Below, piece by piece: positions 52,226 through 64,000 of a stretch of 64,000 nucleotides of DNA (position 1 is its first letter; the number at the start of each line of letters is the position of its first letter). Position numbers and translations under genes: made by a program. Location of the stretch: contig OX597830.1 in assembly GCA_951406725.2 (NCBI GenBank), positions 40,176,001 to 40,240,000 on the forward strand, in the 5' to 3' direction. Origin of the DNA: Octopus vulgaris (Eukaryota). The notes beneath the pieces were generated by a model. That model had not been told where the DNA came from, ran no database searches, and saw only the letters and a program-made list of their open reading frames with translations.

Positions 52226-52773
52226 AGCACCGCCTCGACTGGCTTCCGTGCCGGTGGCACATAAAATACACCAACCTGACCGTGGCCGTTGCCAGCCCCG
52301 CCTGGCACCTGTGCAGGTGGCACGTAAAAAGCACCCACTACACTCACGGAGTGGTTGGCGTTAGGAAGGGCATCCAGCTGTAGAAACATTGCCAAATTTA
52401 GACTGGAGCCTGGTGCAGCCTTCTGGCTTCCCAGAACCCCGGTCGAACCGTCCAACCCATGCTAGCATGGAGAACGGACGTTAAACGACGATGATGATGA
52501 TGATGATGATATATATAAATAAATGTTCCTTCTCGAGCCATGCCAGGCTCATAAGGGCCAGTTTCCTGGTTTCAGTGGCATAGAAAATCCCCACCTGGAC
52601 AGGATGCCAGTCCATCGCAGGATTACTTATTTTTGCCGGCTGAGTGGACTGGAGCAATGTGAATGAAGTATTTTGCTCAAGAACACAATGCATCGCCCAG
52701 TCCAGGAATCAAAACCACAACTTTACAATCATGAGTTCAACACCCTAACCACTAAGCCACATACCTCCACATA

Positions 52774-52809
<36 letters not shown>

Positions 52810-53221
52810 ATACAAATATATATCTATCTGTATACACACACACATATGCATCTCCCAAACTGTCTACGGGACAAAATACTAAGCATTGCGCCCCACCCCG
52901 TCCAGGCATCATCGCAAACACTACACAACTACACCATCTGTACCACCCCAATTCAAAACCCAACAACTCACTCTTCTTCTATTCATAATTACACCACATA
53001 CATCTACATATAGTGACAGCAATGTGAAGGATATACCATCAAACGCAATAGGAAGGGCATCCAGCTGTAGACACCTTGCCAACGCAGACATACAACTTGG
53101 CTGAGCCCCCTGATTTACCAGCTCTTGTCAAACTATCCAACTGATGCCAGCATAGGAAAAGGGATGTTAAATGATGATGATGGTTTTTACATCCATTTTT
53201 GCACGGTAGCATATGTTAGAT

Positions 53222-53553
53222 CAGGCCTAGCCAACTCGAATTACACTGAGGCCACTTTAATCACAGAATGTTTTTTGAGGGCCGCTTTGTATACTGACAG
53301 AATTGAAAGCATTTTGCTTTCTCATGCTATTATTAAAATAATGAATGAATGATCGTTAATTCACCATGAAATATCATCATTTCAAAAACAGTAGTATTTT
53401 CCTTTTTTACTTTCCATTACAATCTTTAATTTTTGATAATTTTTTTTTAAATGTTTGTTTAAGTAAACCCATTTAAAGAAAGTATCAAGCAGGCCACAAG
53501 GTAAAAGTCTGTGAGCCACATGCAGCCTGTGGGCCTCAGGTTGGCCAGCCCTG
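53222..53553. mobile_element. hAT-type MITE
   Basis: CAGGCCTAGCCAAC...GTTGGCCAGCCCTG termini. A similar decayed element lies at ~2116-2262. Confidence 0.6.
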
Positions 53554-55711
53554 TGTTAGACAATACATGCTGAGGCAGATTCTCTATCACTGGATACTCA
53601 TTCTGTCACCAACTTATGTATATTCATTTATTTATTGTTGAGTCTCACAAGCAGTCTTCAGCTTTTTCTATCCATGGCTTTATTTACTTCAAGATACACA
53701 GTTCCAATGAATCAATGAATCAATGCATGCTTCTGTGTGTGTGTGTGTGTGTGTGTGAATGTAAGTATGTATGTATGTATGTATGTATGTATGTATGTAT
53801 GGAAAACAAAGATGACTAGAAAGAAAATGGATAACAACAACATATTAATAAAACACAAGTCCTTTGAGGTCAATATTCTAAAACCTATCACAATACCTCC
53901 TCTCTTCTACTTGAACCAATTCTGAAGCCCAGCCAAACTAAGACTTCAGAATAACATCAGGGTGTTAAATTAGAAGAGGAGAGTAGATGGGTAAATGTGA
54001 GTGGTATGTCAAGAGACAACAGAAAGGACCTGTTGAGTCAAGTAAAACCTAAATCATAGCTGTGGCCAGTGCACCCTAACTGATTCCCGTGCTAGTGGCA
54101 CATAAAATTCACCATCCAAACGTGGTCGATGGCAGTACCCCCTGACTGGCTCCTGTGCTGGTGGCACGTAAAAATCGCCATCCAAACGTGATCAATGCCA
54201 GGGCTTCCTTACTGGCTCCCATGCCAGTGGCACATAAAATGCACCATCCAAATATAGTCGATGCCAGTGTCCCCTGACTGGCTCCCATGCCAGTGGCATG
54301 TAAAAAGCACTATCCGAATGTGAACGATGCCAGTGCCCCCTGACTGATTCTAGTGGTACATAAAAAGCACTTTCTGAACGTGAACAATGCCAGTGTCCCT
54401 TGACTGGTTCTAGTGGTACATAAAAAGTACTATCCGAATGTGAACGATGCCAGGGCCACCTGACTGGCTCCTGTGCCGGTGGCACATAAAAAGCACCCAC
54501 TACTCTCTCAGAGTGGTTGGCATTAGGAAGGGCATCAAGCTGTAGAAACATTGCTAGATCAGATTGGAGCCTGGTGCAGCCACTGGCTTTCCAGACCGCA
54601 ATCAAACCTTCCAACCCAGGTCAACCCATGCTAGCATGGAAAACGGACAATAAACGATGATGATGCAGCAGAGAGCAAAGAAGAATGACAAATGTCACTG
54701 AGAAGGACATTCATTTCACTGAGACCTAAGAAACAAAGTACCAGTAATATCTCCTTTGTTTCTGTTTTGTACTTTATTGCCCCCAATCCAGCTCAAGAAA
54801 GTTTCAGTAACATATTAGTTTTTCTATGAGAAGAAATTGCTAGCCCTTCAGTCAACCCTTCGATGTGTGGAAAGAAAAATGGGGATGCTGTTAGTGGTCT
54901 CTTACTACCCTTCTCACAACGCAACAGAGTTGGTTCAGAGAGAGGCAGACAAACAGATAGACTCAACCACAATACTTTGACTGGCATTTCATGAGTCAGC
55001 CTCAGAATGGTAGAAGGTAAACTTAACTTGACTGCTACTGGATTTGAACTCAGAATGTAAAGAGTTGGAACAAATACCATAAGGTCTTATTTTACCCCGG
55101 AATGTAATAATTTGGATAATCAATCAACTGTAACTCTCTCTCTCTCTCTCTCTCTCTCTTTGTCTTTCTTTCTTTCTTTCTCTCTCTCCCTCTCTCTCCA
55201 ACAACTCTGTGGCCATGTGACAATGTGAAAAAAAAGATTATTGATTTCTAAAGAGGGCACATCATCAGCAGCTTCATGTAAGATCCACTTTTCCATACAT
55301 GCATGGATCAGAGAGAATTTCTTGAAGCAGATTTTCTACAGCCAGATGCCCTTCTTGTCACCAAACATCACCTGTCTCCAAGCAAGGTGATATTTCCTCC
55401 ACTGCCAGGCATGTTTTTCATAGAAGACCAGAAAAAAGACAAGGTCACAAATCTGAGAAGGAACACCCTGAGTACTTTGTTTGGTATTTTACCGAAGGAC
55501 GAAGAGACAAAGTTGGTCTAGGCAGGATGTGAATTCAAGACAAACATAAAACAAGTCAAATAAACACTTAAAAAGCATTCTTCCAACTTCTCCTGAAATG
55601 TTAACATAAATACAGGAAAATACACTAAAGCTACTTCAATCAACTATACCCTCAAAATTTCTGACTTTCCAGCAAATATAGAAGCCAGCATCATTATCAT
55701 CATCATCATCA

Positions 55712-55755
<44 letters not shown>

Positions 55756-56220
55756 TATCATTATCATCATCATCATTAGCAGCAGCTGCTGCGCTGTTGC
55801 ATCCGAGAAGACAATTTGCATGGGCCTCATTCTTTGAAATGAAATCTTAATTCTTTCCATGCCTTCTTTTCATTTGGTCGCTTTTCTTTTCTTCTCCCGA
55901 TTGCAATTAAGCCTCCTCGTGAAGTTGATTGGATAAAAATAGTAAACCACTTCACTTTATAACCAGTTTACAGGTTTACAAAAGAAGTCAGTTAAGTCAT
56001 CTTTTACAGCTTCTCTCTTTCTCTCTGATATCCATCAAATGTTCAGTTCTTCCCTGACAACAATGACACTCACTTCCCTCTTTTCACTAATACAAAGTAA
56101 TACACATACACATATATACATATATTTATATACATACACACATATATATGTAATTATATATACGCACATACATAATTACTTATGTATATACACACACACA
56201 CACACACACACTCATATATA

Positions 56221-56309
56221 TTCTCAGTCAGTTTCAACAACTTTTCTAGTCATGCAATCAATGAGACAACATACTCCTTTGCTTTATATATATACATACA
56301 CACATATAT

Positions 56310-56357
<48 letters not shown>

Positions 56358-56810
56358 ATATATATACATACACAAATATATATACATACACATATATACA
56401 TACGCATATATATATACACACACACATATACATACACACATACATACTGACACACACACACACACAGACACACACATATATTCTCAGTCAGTTTCAACAA
56501 CTTTTCTAGTCATGCAATCAATGAGACAACATACTCCTTTGCTTTATATATATACACATACACACATATATATACATACATACACATACATATATACATA
56601 CATACATATATATACATACACACACATATATACATACACATATATATATATATATACACACACATATACATACACACATACATACTGACACACACACATA
56701 CATAATTACATATATATATATATGTATACACACACACATATATTCTTAGTCAGTTTCAACAACTTTTCTAGTCATGCAATCAATGAGACTACATACTCCT
56801 TTGCTTTATA
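56221..56810. repeat. ~260 bp tandem triplication: 70-bp unique block plus (TA/CA)n spacer
   Basis: ttctcagtcagtttcaacaacttttctagtcatgcaatcaatgagac..ctcctttgcttta at 56221, 56481 and 56743. Confidence 0.9.
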
Positions 56811-58386
56811 TTATAAATGGCAGAGTATTCCACATACACTTGTTCTCTTCTCCTCTTTACACAGATCTCAGGCTGAATCAATGAGACCCCGTATGCAATG
56901 AGAGTGAGCACTTTGTATGATGAGTACAGGTTATCCAGTAGGGTTTTCACACAGTTTCTCTCTGTCCACTTACACTTGCAAAACACTTGCCCAAAATGGC
57001 ATGCAGAGAGATCAAACCTATCACTTCGTGATTGGTAGTCTTTTAGCCACATGCACGCATGCACATACACACACAGATGTGCATACAAGCAGGTGAACAG
57101 TGAAGCAGGGAGAAGTATCAGAGACCTAACAAAGAATTAACAATCCATATTCTGTCCATGACACAACAAAGTAAAGAGTAAAGACCCCCTTTGGTCATGA
57201 ATGACCATGGGATTGCACCTAGAAAGTTCCCCTTTGAGGCACAAGTCCAGGCAAGGTTGTTTATGGGAGACAAGCAGTTACTCATGCAAACCAGACCCAC
57301 CACTACCACCACCACCACACAACTGATATTATCCAAAGGAAAGGCAAAGACTAACACAGCTTGACACCAGTAACATTGCAACTCATTTCTACAGCTGAGT
57401 GAACTGGAGCAATGTGAAATAAAGGTGTCTCACTCAAGAAAACAACACACACCCTGGTCCAGGAAAGGAACTCACTACTTCATGATTGTGAGCCTGATGC
57501 TGTAACCAGTGAGCCACAGGACCAAAATGGTATGAGGTGTTTCATCACAACTGTTTTGGCATCACTTATTTGGCATCAATGATTCAATGCTGGCTTATTT
57601 GTTATCAGACATTTTAATGTTTCTCTCTCTCATCCCGTTTATGTATGTGAGCATATGTCAATTTACGTGCATGAGGAGAAGGAATGTGTCTGTGTCAATT
57701 ATGCTCAATTATTCTTCCTGTTTGTATACATACATACATTTCCTTTTGTTGGCCTTGTGCTGAAATTTAAAATCAGTTTTAGAGTTTAGTTATGAAATAC
57801 TGTAATATTGTGCTGGGAGTAATAGAGCATGAAGTACAGGGTGTCACTATGAAATTCCAGTAACAGGCCATGGAGGTTAACGTGTTAATTCAAAACAATG
57901 TGAATAACTATGCATTACATTTTACAAGATAATCTGAATGCTAAAAGGCTAAGAAAGTCAGGTGAAGCTGATGCTTGAGTGAGATGTGAGGAATATTTTT
58001 AGAAAACTGAAAAACCATCAACCACACAGAAGCTTGCCTGGTGGCTTCTTTTGTGTGGGACATGGTCACTTGAGGGATTCTTGAAGAAAAGAAAGCATTT
58101 ATTGAAACTGGCAGTGGAAGGGCAAAATATGGATTAGCTTATGGACTTTAACTAAACTTCATAAAGACAATTTGATCAGCAACAATGAAAAGAAATGCCA
58201 GAAACTGCCATGTTAGTTAACAAATCATAAATGACAGATGCTGACAGACAGACATTCAACAGACAGTACTATTTCTATAGTAGTCAGCATTAAATATGCT
58301 AAATAGCCAATTATCTGGAAACAAATTTCTGTATAGACATGTGTGTGTGTGTGTGAGAGAGAGTGAGAGATAGAATGAGAGAGAAC

Positions 58387-58418
<32 letters not shown>

Positions 58419-59028
58419 CGTGGGGGAGACTGTATTTGTGTGTGTATATATATGTAGGTGTTAATTATGGCTTTATATACACACACACACACAAGCCTAT
58501 GTATAAATATATACACATGGCATTCACTCACAGACACACACACACTGGCATACATAGATACACAGATACTTGCACACATATACACTCACACACACTCACA
58601 TATGTACATACACACACACGTGGAGCCACGTTCCTTGACTCAGAAATAATGCAAGCTTTTAAAAACTTGAAAGCAGCAGTCAAATTTCTTTTAAAAAAAG
58701 TTAATCCTTTCATTCAACATCTCACAAGAAGTCATAATGCTAACTCGGTGGTTCTCAACCAGGGTTCATATGGCCCTTGGGAGGTCCACATAAGATTTTG
58801 TTGTTAAAATCTATCTGCAATAAACTGGTTGTATTTCTGCAATTCACACAAAATACTTTAACAATTTCTTTTAAATGTGGCTGTGTGGTAAGAAGCTTGC
58901 TTCCCATCACATGCTTCAGGGTTCAGTCCCACTGCATGGCACCTTAGGCAGATGTCTTCTAATATAAATGAGCCGACCAAAGCCTTGTGAGTGAATTTGG
59001 TTTACAGAAACTGAAATAAGGTCGCCGC

Positions 59029-59068
<40 letters not shown>

Positions 59069-59073
<5 letters not shown>

Positions 59074-59200
59074 TGGCAGCATGGAAGATGTTTATAAGCC
59101 ATTTAAAAACACACTAAAAATGTTACCTTCTATGCTGCAATTGTTTTTGTTTCAGCACACGATCTCAGATCAGGTCACTTGCTATGCAAGTACATCTCCG
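59069..59200. mobile_element. Third, heavily deleted copy of the 39820 fold-back family
   Basis: Retains both inverted ends and the extension; (TA)n flanks. Confidence 0.7.
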
Positions 59201-59748
59201 AAATATATATATATTTATTTATTTAAGGTATATTTCATTAGGACCGTAACAGAGTACAAAATAGAGCTCATTCACCCTTAGAATTACCAAATATCCAGTA
59301 GTATGATGATATACTTCCAAGTCTAGATTTGGGAATTTGTCATGTGTGGAAATACAGGTAAATCATTGCATAATCAAATACCTGTATATATGAAGAACTA
59401 TGTTGTATGGAAACATGTGTAATGGTTAAAAAAATAACTGTCCAGCTGCACTCCTTGTAGAGGCTATCTTATTCAATTATACATACATACATACATATAT
59501 ATATACATACATACATACATACATACATACGTACACACAAAATTTGGGGGTTTAGTTCACAGGTAATCTAAACGATTAGGTACACTAAGTAAGCGCTGTA
59601 ATGGATTACTAGGACTCCAAGGTTATAGCCAAGATGGTAGTCATGGAACGATTGCAGATTTCCAACATAGCAGATAGATTTTGAATTAATAATAATGTAT
59701 ATGACTTGAGATGTTTGCCTTGCCTTAACATTTGTTATCCTTTTTAAC

Positions 59749-59783
<35 letters not shown>

Positions 59784-61540
59784 TAAATAAAACATATGCA
59801 TATATATAAACATATATGTACGTACCTACCTCTACATGTACATATACACGCATATATGAGTACAGGACACCAAAAAGACATCGAACACAACGAGAAACAA
59901 AAACATAGACACAAACCCAAGGAACTGGACATTTTTTTAAACAACAAAAAAATAGAGTACAGGACAATTAACACAAAGAAAAAAACCCTTCTTCAGTCGC
60001 TATGGTTAAGGACTTAAAAGACATATGCTAGTTCACAAAAACATTCCTTCAGAATCAGATTCCAAAGGGCAAAGATGTAAAAGAAATTTGAATAATATCT
60101 GTCACTTGTCTTTTAAACCCTGTCAGATAGCAGCTGCTCTTTAAAATCATCTGAGGGCCCATCAAGAGAGGGACTGTGCTGTGCGAATGGGGTATGAGGT
60201 GTGTGTTGATGGGACAGCTATCATCAAGATGAAGCAATCATCATATATGTATATATATCTATGTGTACACGGCTTTGTATGTGTGTTTGGCACCACCACC
60301 ACTTGATAATAGGTGTTGGTGTGTTTGCATCCCCCATAATTTAGTGGTTCAGCAAAAAAAAAGACACAGAATAAATACCAGGCTTTCAAAATAAGTCCTG
60401 TGGTCAACTGATTCCACTAAAAATTCAAGATGAGGTCCCAGCATGACCACAGTCTAATGACTAAAACAAATAAAAGAAGGTAAAAAATAAAAAATACAAT
60501 TCCTAATAATATTTAATTACAAAAATTTAACAGGATTTTTTAAAACATTGAATGGTTACAGGGTTCCAGGAAAGTAAAATGAGAACCAAAGAGGTCAATA
60601 GGCAAAAAATGGTTGAGAATGACTTTGCTAGCTGTTGATTTCAGTAGCAGAAACAGTTCAAGATAAATCACACCCACCCTGGCTAGGATGTGAGGCTACA
60701 AAATGTAAATGTTCCTTGGAATGGTTAATAAACCAAACAGTTTTAAATGATTCCCAGCCTGCTCATTAAATTAACAAATATGTGGTTGAGTATTCCACAG
60801 ACATGTGTAGCCTCAACATAATTCTTGAGCTGAATCAGCATGACAAAGTGGTGTGTTACAAGACTGGATTTTTGAATTTCAAGTACAATTCCATTCAACA
60901 GACTCCAAAACAGATTCCGTTTCACATAATTTCACTGAGAAAGCTTGCATCAACCCAAAGTAATTGGTAAAAGATTTTTGACCAAGATGCCACACATTGG
61001 AGTTGAACCCACGATCTCATGATAGTGAAACAAACTTCTAACGAGCCCCACCAACACCACCATCCAGTCTGAGGTCAGTAAAATGAGTACAAGTCAATAA
61101 ATGTAAAATAAATACCAAAACAATTATTTCCACTTGATTTGTAAATTAGTAACCTAATACTAATTAATGTAGGAAGTGATTATTATTAATTAGCACTGTT
61201 CTATCAGTGGAGACTGAGACTTTGGATCTGCTGGTTGCCACATTCCTAGAAATAAACTGTTAATAACCCCTCTGGGTCATCCTTAATTGTAGCTGAAACT
61301 ATTTTGCGAGAACAAGAAGAGATTGTATGCGTGAGAAAGAGGGGGGATGAAGGGGGAAGGGAAAAAAGGAAGGGGAAAAGAGAAGAGGAGGGAAGATGGA
61401 GAGAGAGAGAGGAGGGGGACATATCAACAGTTTCCTGTGGCAGAAACAAAAACAAAGTCTCCATTTTTACTATACGAGTATGACTAACTGTTGCAGCTAA
61501 AAGAAAAGACTTAAGGGATTTAACAAATATTGTAATAGCC

Positions 61541-61799
61541 CAGTGGATCTCGACCATGCTTTACCTATGGACCCTTTCAATTCCTATTTTATTCTCCTGT
61601 ACCTCCACAGCCATTTGATATGTATAAAAATAATCCTACAGTATTTTTATAATTCAATTTTATTAGGAATTGTATAAGAGAATTGTTAAAATATTTTGTG
61701 CATCTAAAAGTATAAGCTATTTATTGCACGTAAATTTTTAACAACAAAATCTCAAATGGACCTCAAAGGGCTATATGGACCCTGTTTGAGAAACCACTG
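61541..61799. mobile_element. hAT (MER5-like) MITE
   Basis: CAGTGGATCTCGAC...TTTGAGAAACCACTG; internal similarity to the 779 element. Confidence 0.65.
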
Positions 61800-62939
61800 T
61801 TATAAATGAAAAGCATCAGCTTACTCAAGAGACTGTTCTTTAATAATGTAAAAAGCTAGCAATACTTATTTCTTAAACCTTTTTCCGTATATCTTTCAAT
61901 CAAGAGGGAAGAGCAATCCGCACCACTCTTGATAGGGCCTGCAAGACTGGTAGGAAGAAGGGGGCAAGATATCTTCAGTTTGAACACCTGATCTGAATGC
62001 TTGCAACAGAGTAGACTCTGCTAAAAGCATCCAAGGTGCTAGGTGGTGGTATTAAACCAGGCAACAGACTCAGTCTACCACTCAGGTATACAATCCCACC
62101 TAGTTTCAAAAAAAGTAAAGTTACCTTCTCGAGTCATGCTGACTGACAAGGGCTGGTTTCCTGATTTCATGATGTATAATGTCTCCACCTGGACAGGATG
62201 CCGATCTGTTACAAGACATTTCATTTTTGCCAGCTGAGTGGACTGGAGCAACATGAAATGAACTGTTTTGCTCAAGACCACAACACATTACCTGGACCAG
62301 GAATTGAAACCACAATCTTATGGTCATGAATCCAACACCCTAATCACTAAGCGATGTGCCTTCACAAGTGATACTCGTTTCTACAGCTGAGTGAACTGAA
62401 GCAAGATGAAGTGGAGTGTTTTGCTCAAGAACACAATGCATTGCCCAGTCCAGGAATCAGAACCACAATTTTACGATCCTGAGTCCAACACCCTAACCAC
62501 TAAGCCACATGTTTCCACACTTAGTTTACTACTTTAGCATTTAAACCAGCAACATCCAGCTGAAATATTCTACCTGCTTTATGTTCAAACTGGACTGATC
62601 CAGTCTCTCACTGTTGTAGCTAAAACACCTATCCAACAATGTCGTTCTAAAATTACACAATCATTTCATCAAAATCTTGAAGCTTTTCAAATAATGCAGG
62701 ATCAATTCAAAATAATGTGACGACATAAGCATTGCATTTGACAGAGTAATCTGAATGCTAAAGGGTTAACACAGTCAACAATCTAACAAAGAAGCTTGTG
62801 AAGGTCACATGACCTACTAGAAATAACAGCCAAATTTCCTCCCAATCATACTCTATTTTTCTTCAGAAACAGAAAGAGATGTTAGCATAGTTTGAGAGAC
62901 TCCTCACTAAAAGGCCTACTCAATGAAGATGACATGAGC

Positions 62940-63435
62940 TAAATACCACCACATCCTTAAGTGCCTTTATTGTGATTCACCTTAATGAAAGAATCTGGAC
63001 TAGACTCCAAGTCATTTCACTGTCCATGTCTTTCTCGGAGGAACACTGATCTACTCACCACAAGGTCCATCCTTTGTTGGTGTATGGTAACTTGTGTGCC
63101 TCAAAGACCCTGAGAGTTATACCAGTAGAGTGCAAGCTCTTGGTACAGCTTCCTATGCTGGACAGACTAACATAGAGGCCAAACTAATATGGAACACCAC
63201 TTCCCAGAGGTAAAAACAGATTTGCACAGTGCTGACACTCCTACCTAGACAAAAGCAAAGTTAGAGAAACATTAATGACAATTCAAAACCAACAAGACCT
63301 AGGAGAGGAAGGCCTTTCCTTAGGAACTCCCCCACTCAACACACTGAGGGAGTGCCCTGCCAGAGCTGAGAACAGCAGGAAAAAGTTGTTGATGGCCTAT
63401 ATATTCCATAGGGTGTGAAGGGCTCATGTAAGTAC
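62940..63435 (+). mobile_element. Decayed RTE-like non-autonomous element
   Basis: 3' end reads like RAENSRKKLLMAYIFHRV* / ..VDGLY.. followed by a taagta tail; strongly degraded. Confidence 0.3.
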
Positions 63436-64000
63436 ACTGAACCTGTAGATATTCAGGCTGGATATCAGTTACATCAACCTCAACTATCCAGGAGAGCTTG
63501 CAAAAAATACCCTGTTCTTTTTTACCCTGATTAATTTATCCCAAAAACAAAAATTTGTTTCTAATTTGGGAGATACGAGAGAGCAATTTAATCAAACTAG
63601 GAGTACATAACTGTTAATTTATTGACCCAGGAAAGATAAAAATCAAAGTCAAATGTGACAGGAGCTGAACTCTAAACATAAAGAGACATAATTAAATATT
63701 GCCTTCTACAACAATAATGAAAATATATCTTTGGTTTCCTCAATAGACAGTAAAGGGAGTGGGCTAAAAGAAACAATAAAAGGATCTAATCCTGGTGAAG
63801 CAAGAGAAACATCACAAACCGTGTGTTTTTATAAATTCGCTATCTTATACATTCAGTCATTTATTATAACTTGAATAAATCTGTCAGTAGTTGTAATAAG
63901 AAGAAACATTAAAGTGAAAAGGTCAGATAGATAAAATATTGAACTATCAACAGCAAGCAGCTCAAGGAATATGAATTAAATTTGTTGTAGGTAGTCCAGA

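Noticed and set aside
51637-52455. 272-aa ORF with internal repeats
   Set aside because: Antisense reading of a tandemly expanded SINE-like repeat; no protein family features.
56221-56810. CRISPR-like repeat-spacer array
   Set aside because: Eukaryotic context, 70-bp repeats, microsatellite spacers and no cas genes.
59975-60005. Minus-strand CTGAAGAAGGG beside a (TA)n-anchored repeat
   Set aside because: Only half a hammerhead core; no matching stem or GAAA in the window.
61246-61436. Minus-strand acceptor followed by an open frame (ETVDMSPSS...)
   Set aside because: Mostly CT-rich low complexity; no homology or partner exon in the window.

Overview
Repeat-dense, AT-rich animal genomic DNA. 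The SINE families and microsatellite style point to an octopus or other coleoid cephalopod (inferred from recognition, not from a search). The one confident gene is a minus-strand ATF2/ATF7/CREB5-family bZIP transcription factor. Seven coding exons (23605 down to 1848) were rebuilt by hand with consistent GT-AG phases. They encode the C2H2 finger, MAPK docking site, TPTP phosphosites, a polyQ/Ser-Thr-rich middle and the start of the basic region; the rest of the bZIP lies left of base 1. A likely housekeeping-type promoter sits near 32.6 kb. The remainder is tRNA-derived SINEs, LINE fragments (RTE, CR1, R4/Dong-like, Hero/NeSL-like), hAT, piggyBac and mariner MITEs, a Helentron-type element, and mini/microsatellites. 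The most unusual signal is a set of asymmetric fold-back elements, most inserted in (TA)n tracts, plus minimal type I hammerhead ribozyme folds in three unrelated repeat families. One fold has a G3:C8 swapped catalytic core. These are most likely non-autonomous Penelope-like retroelement termini.
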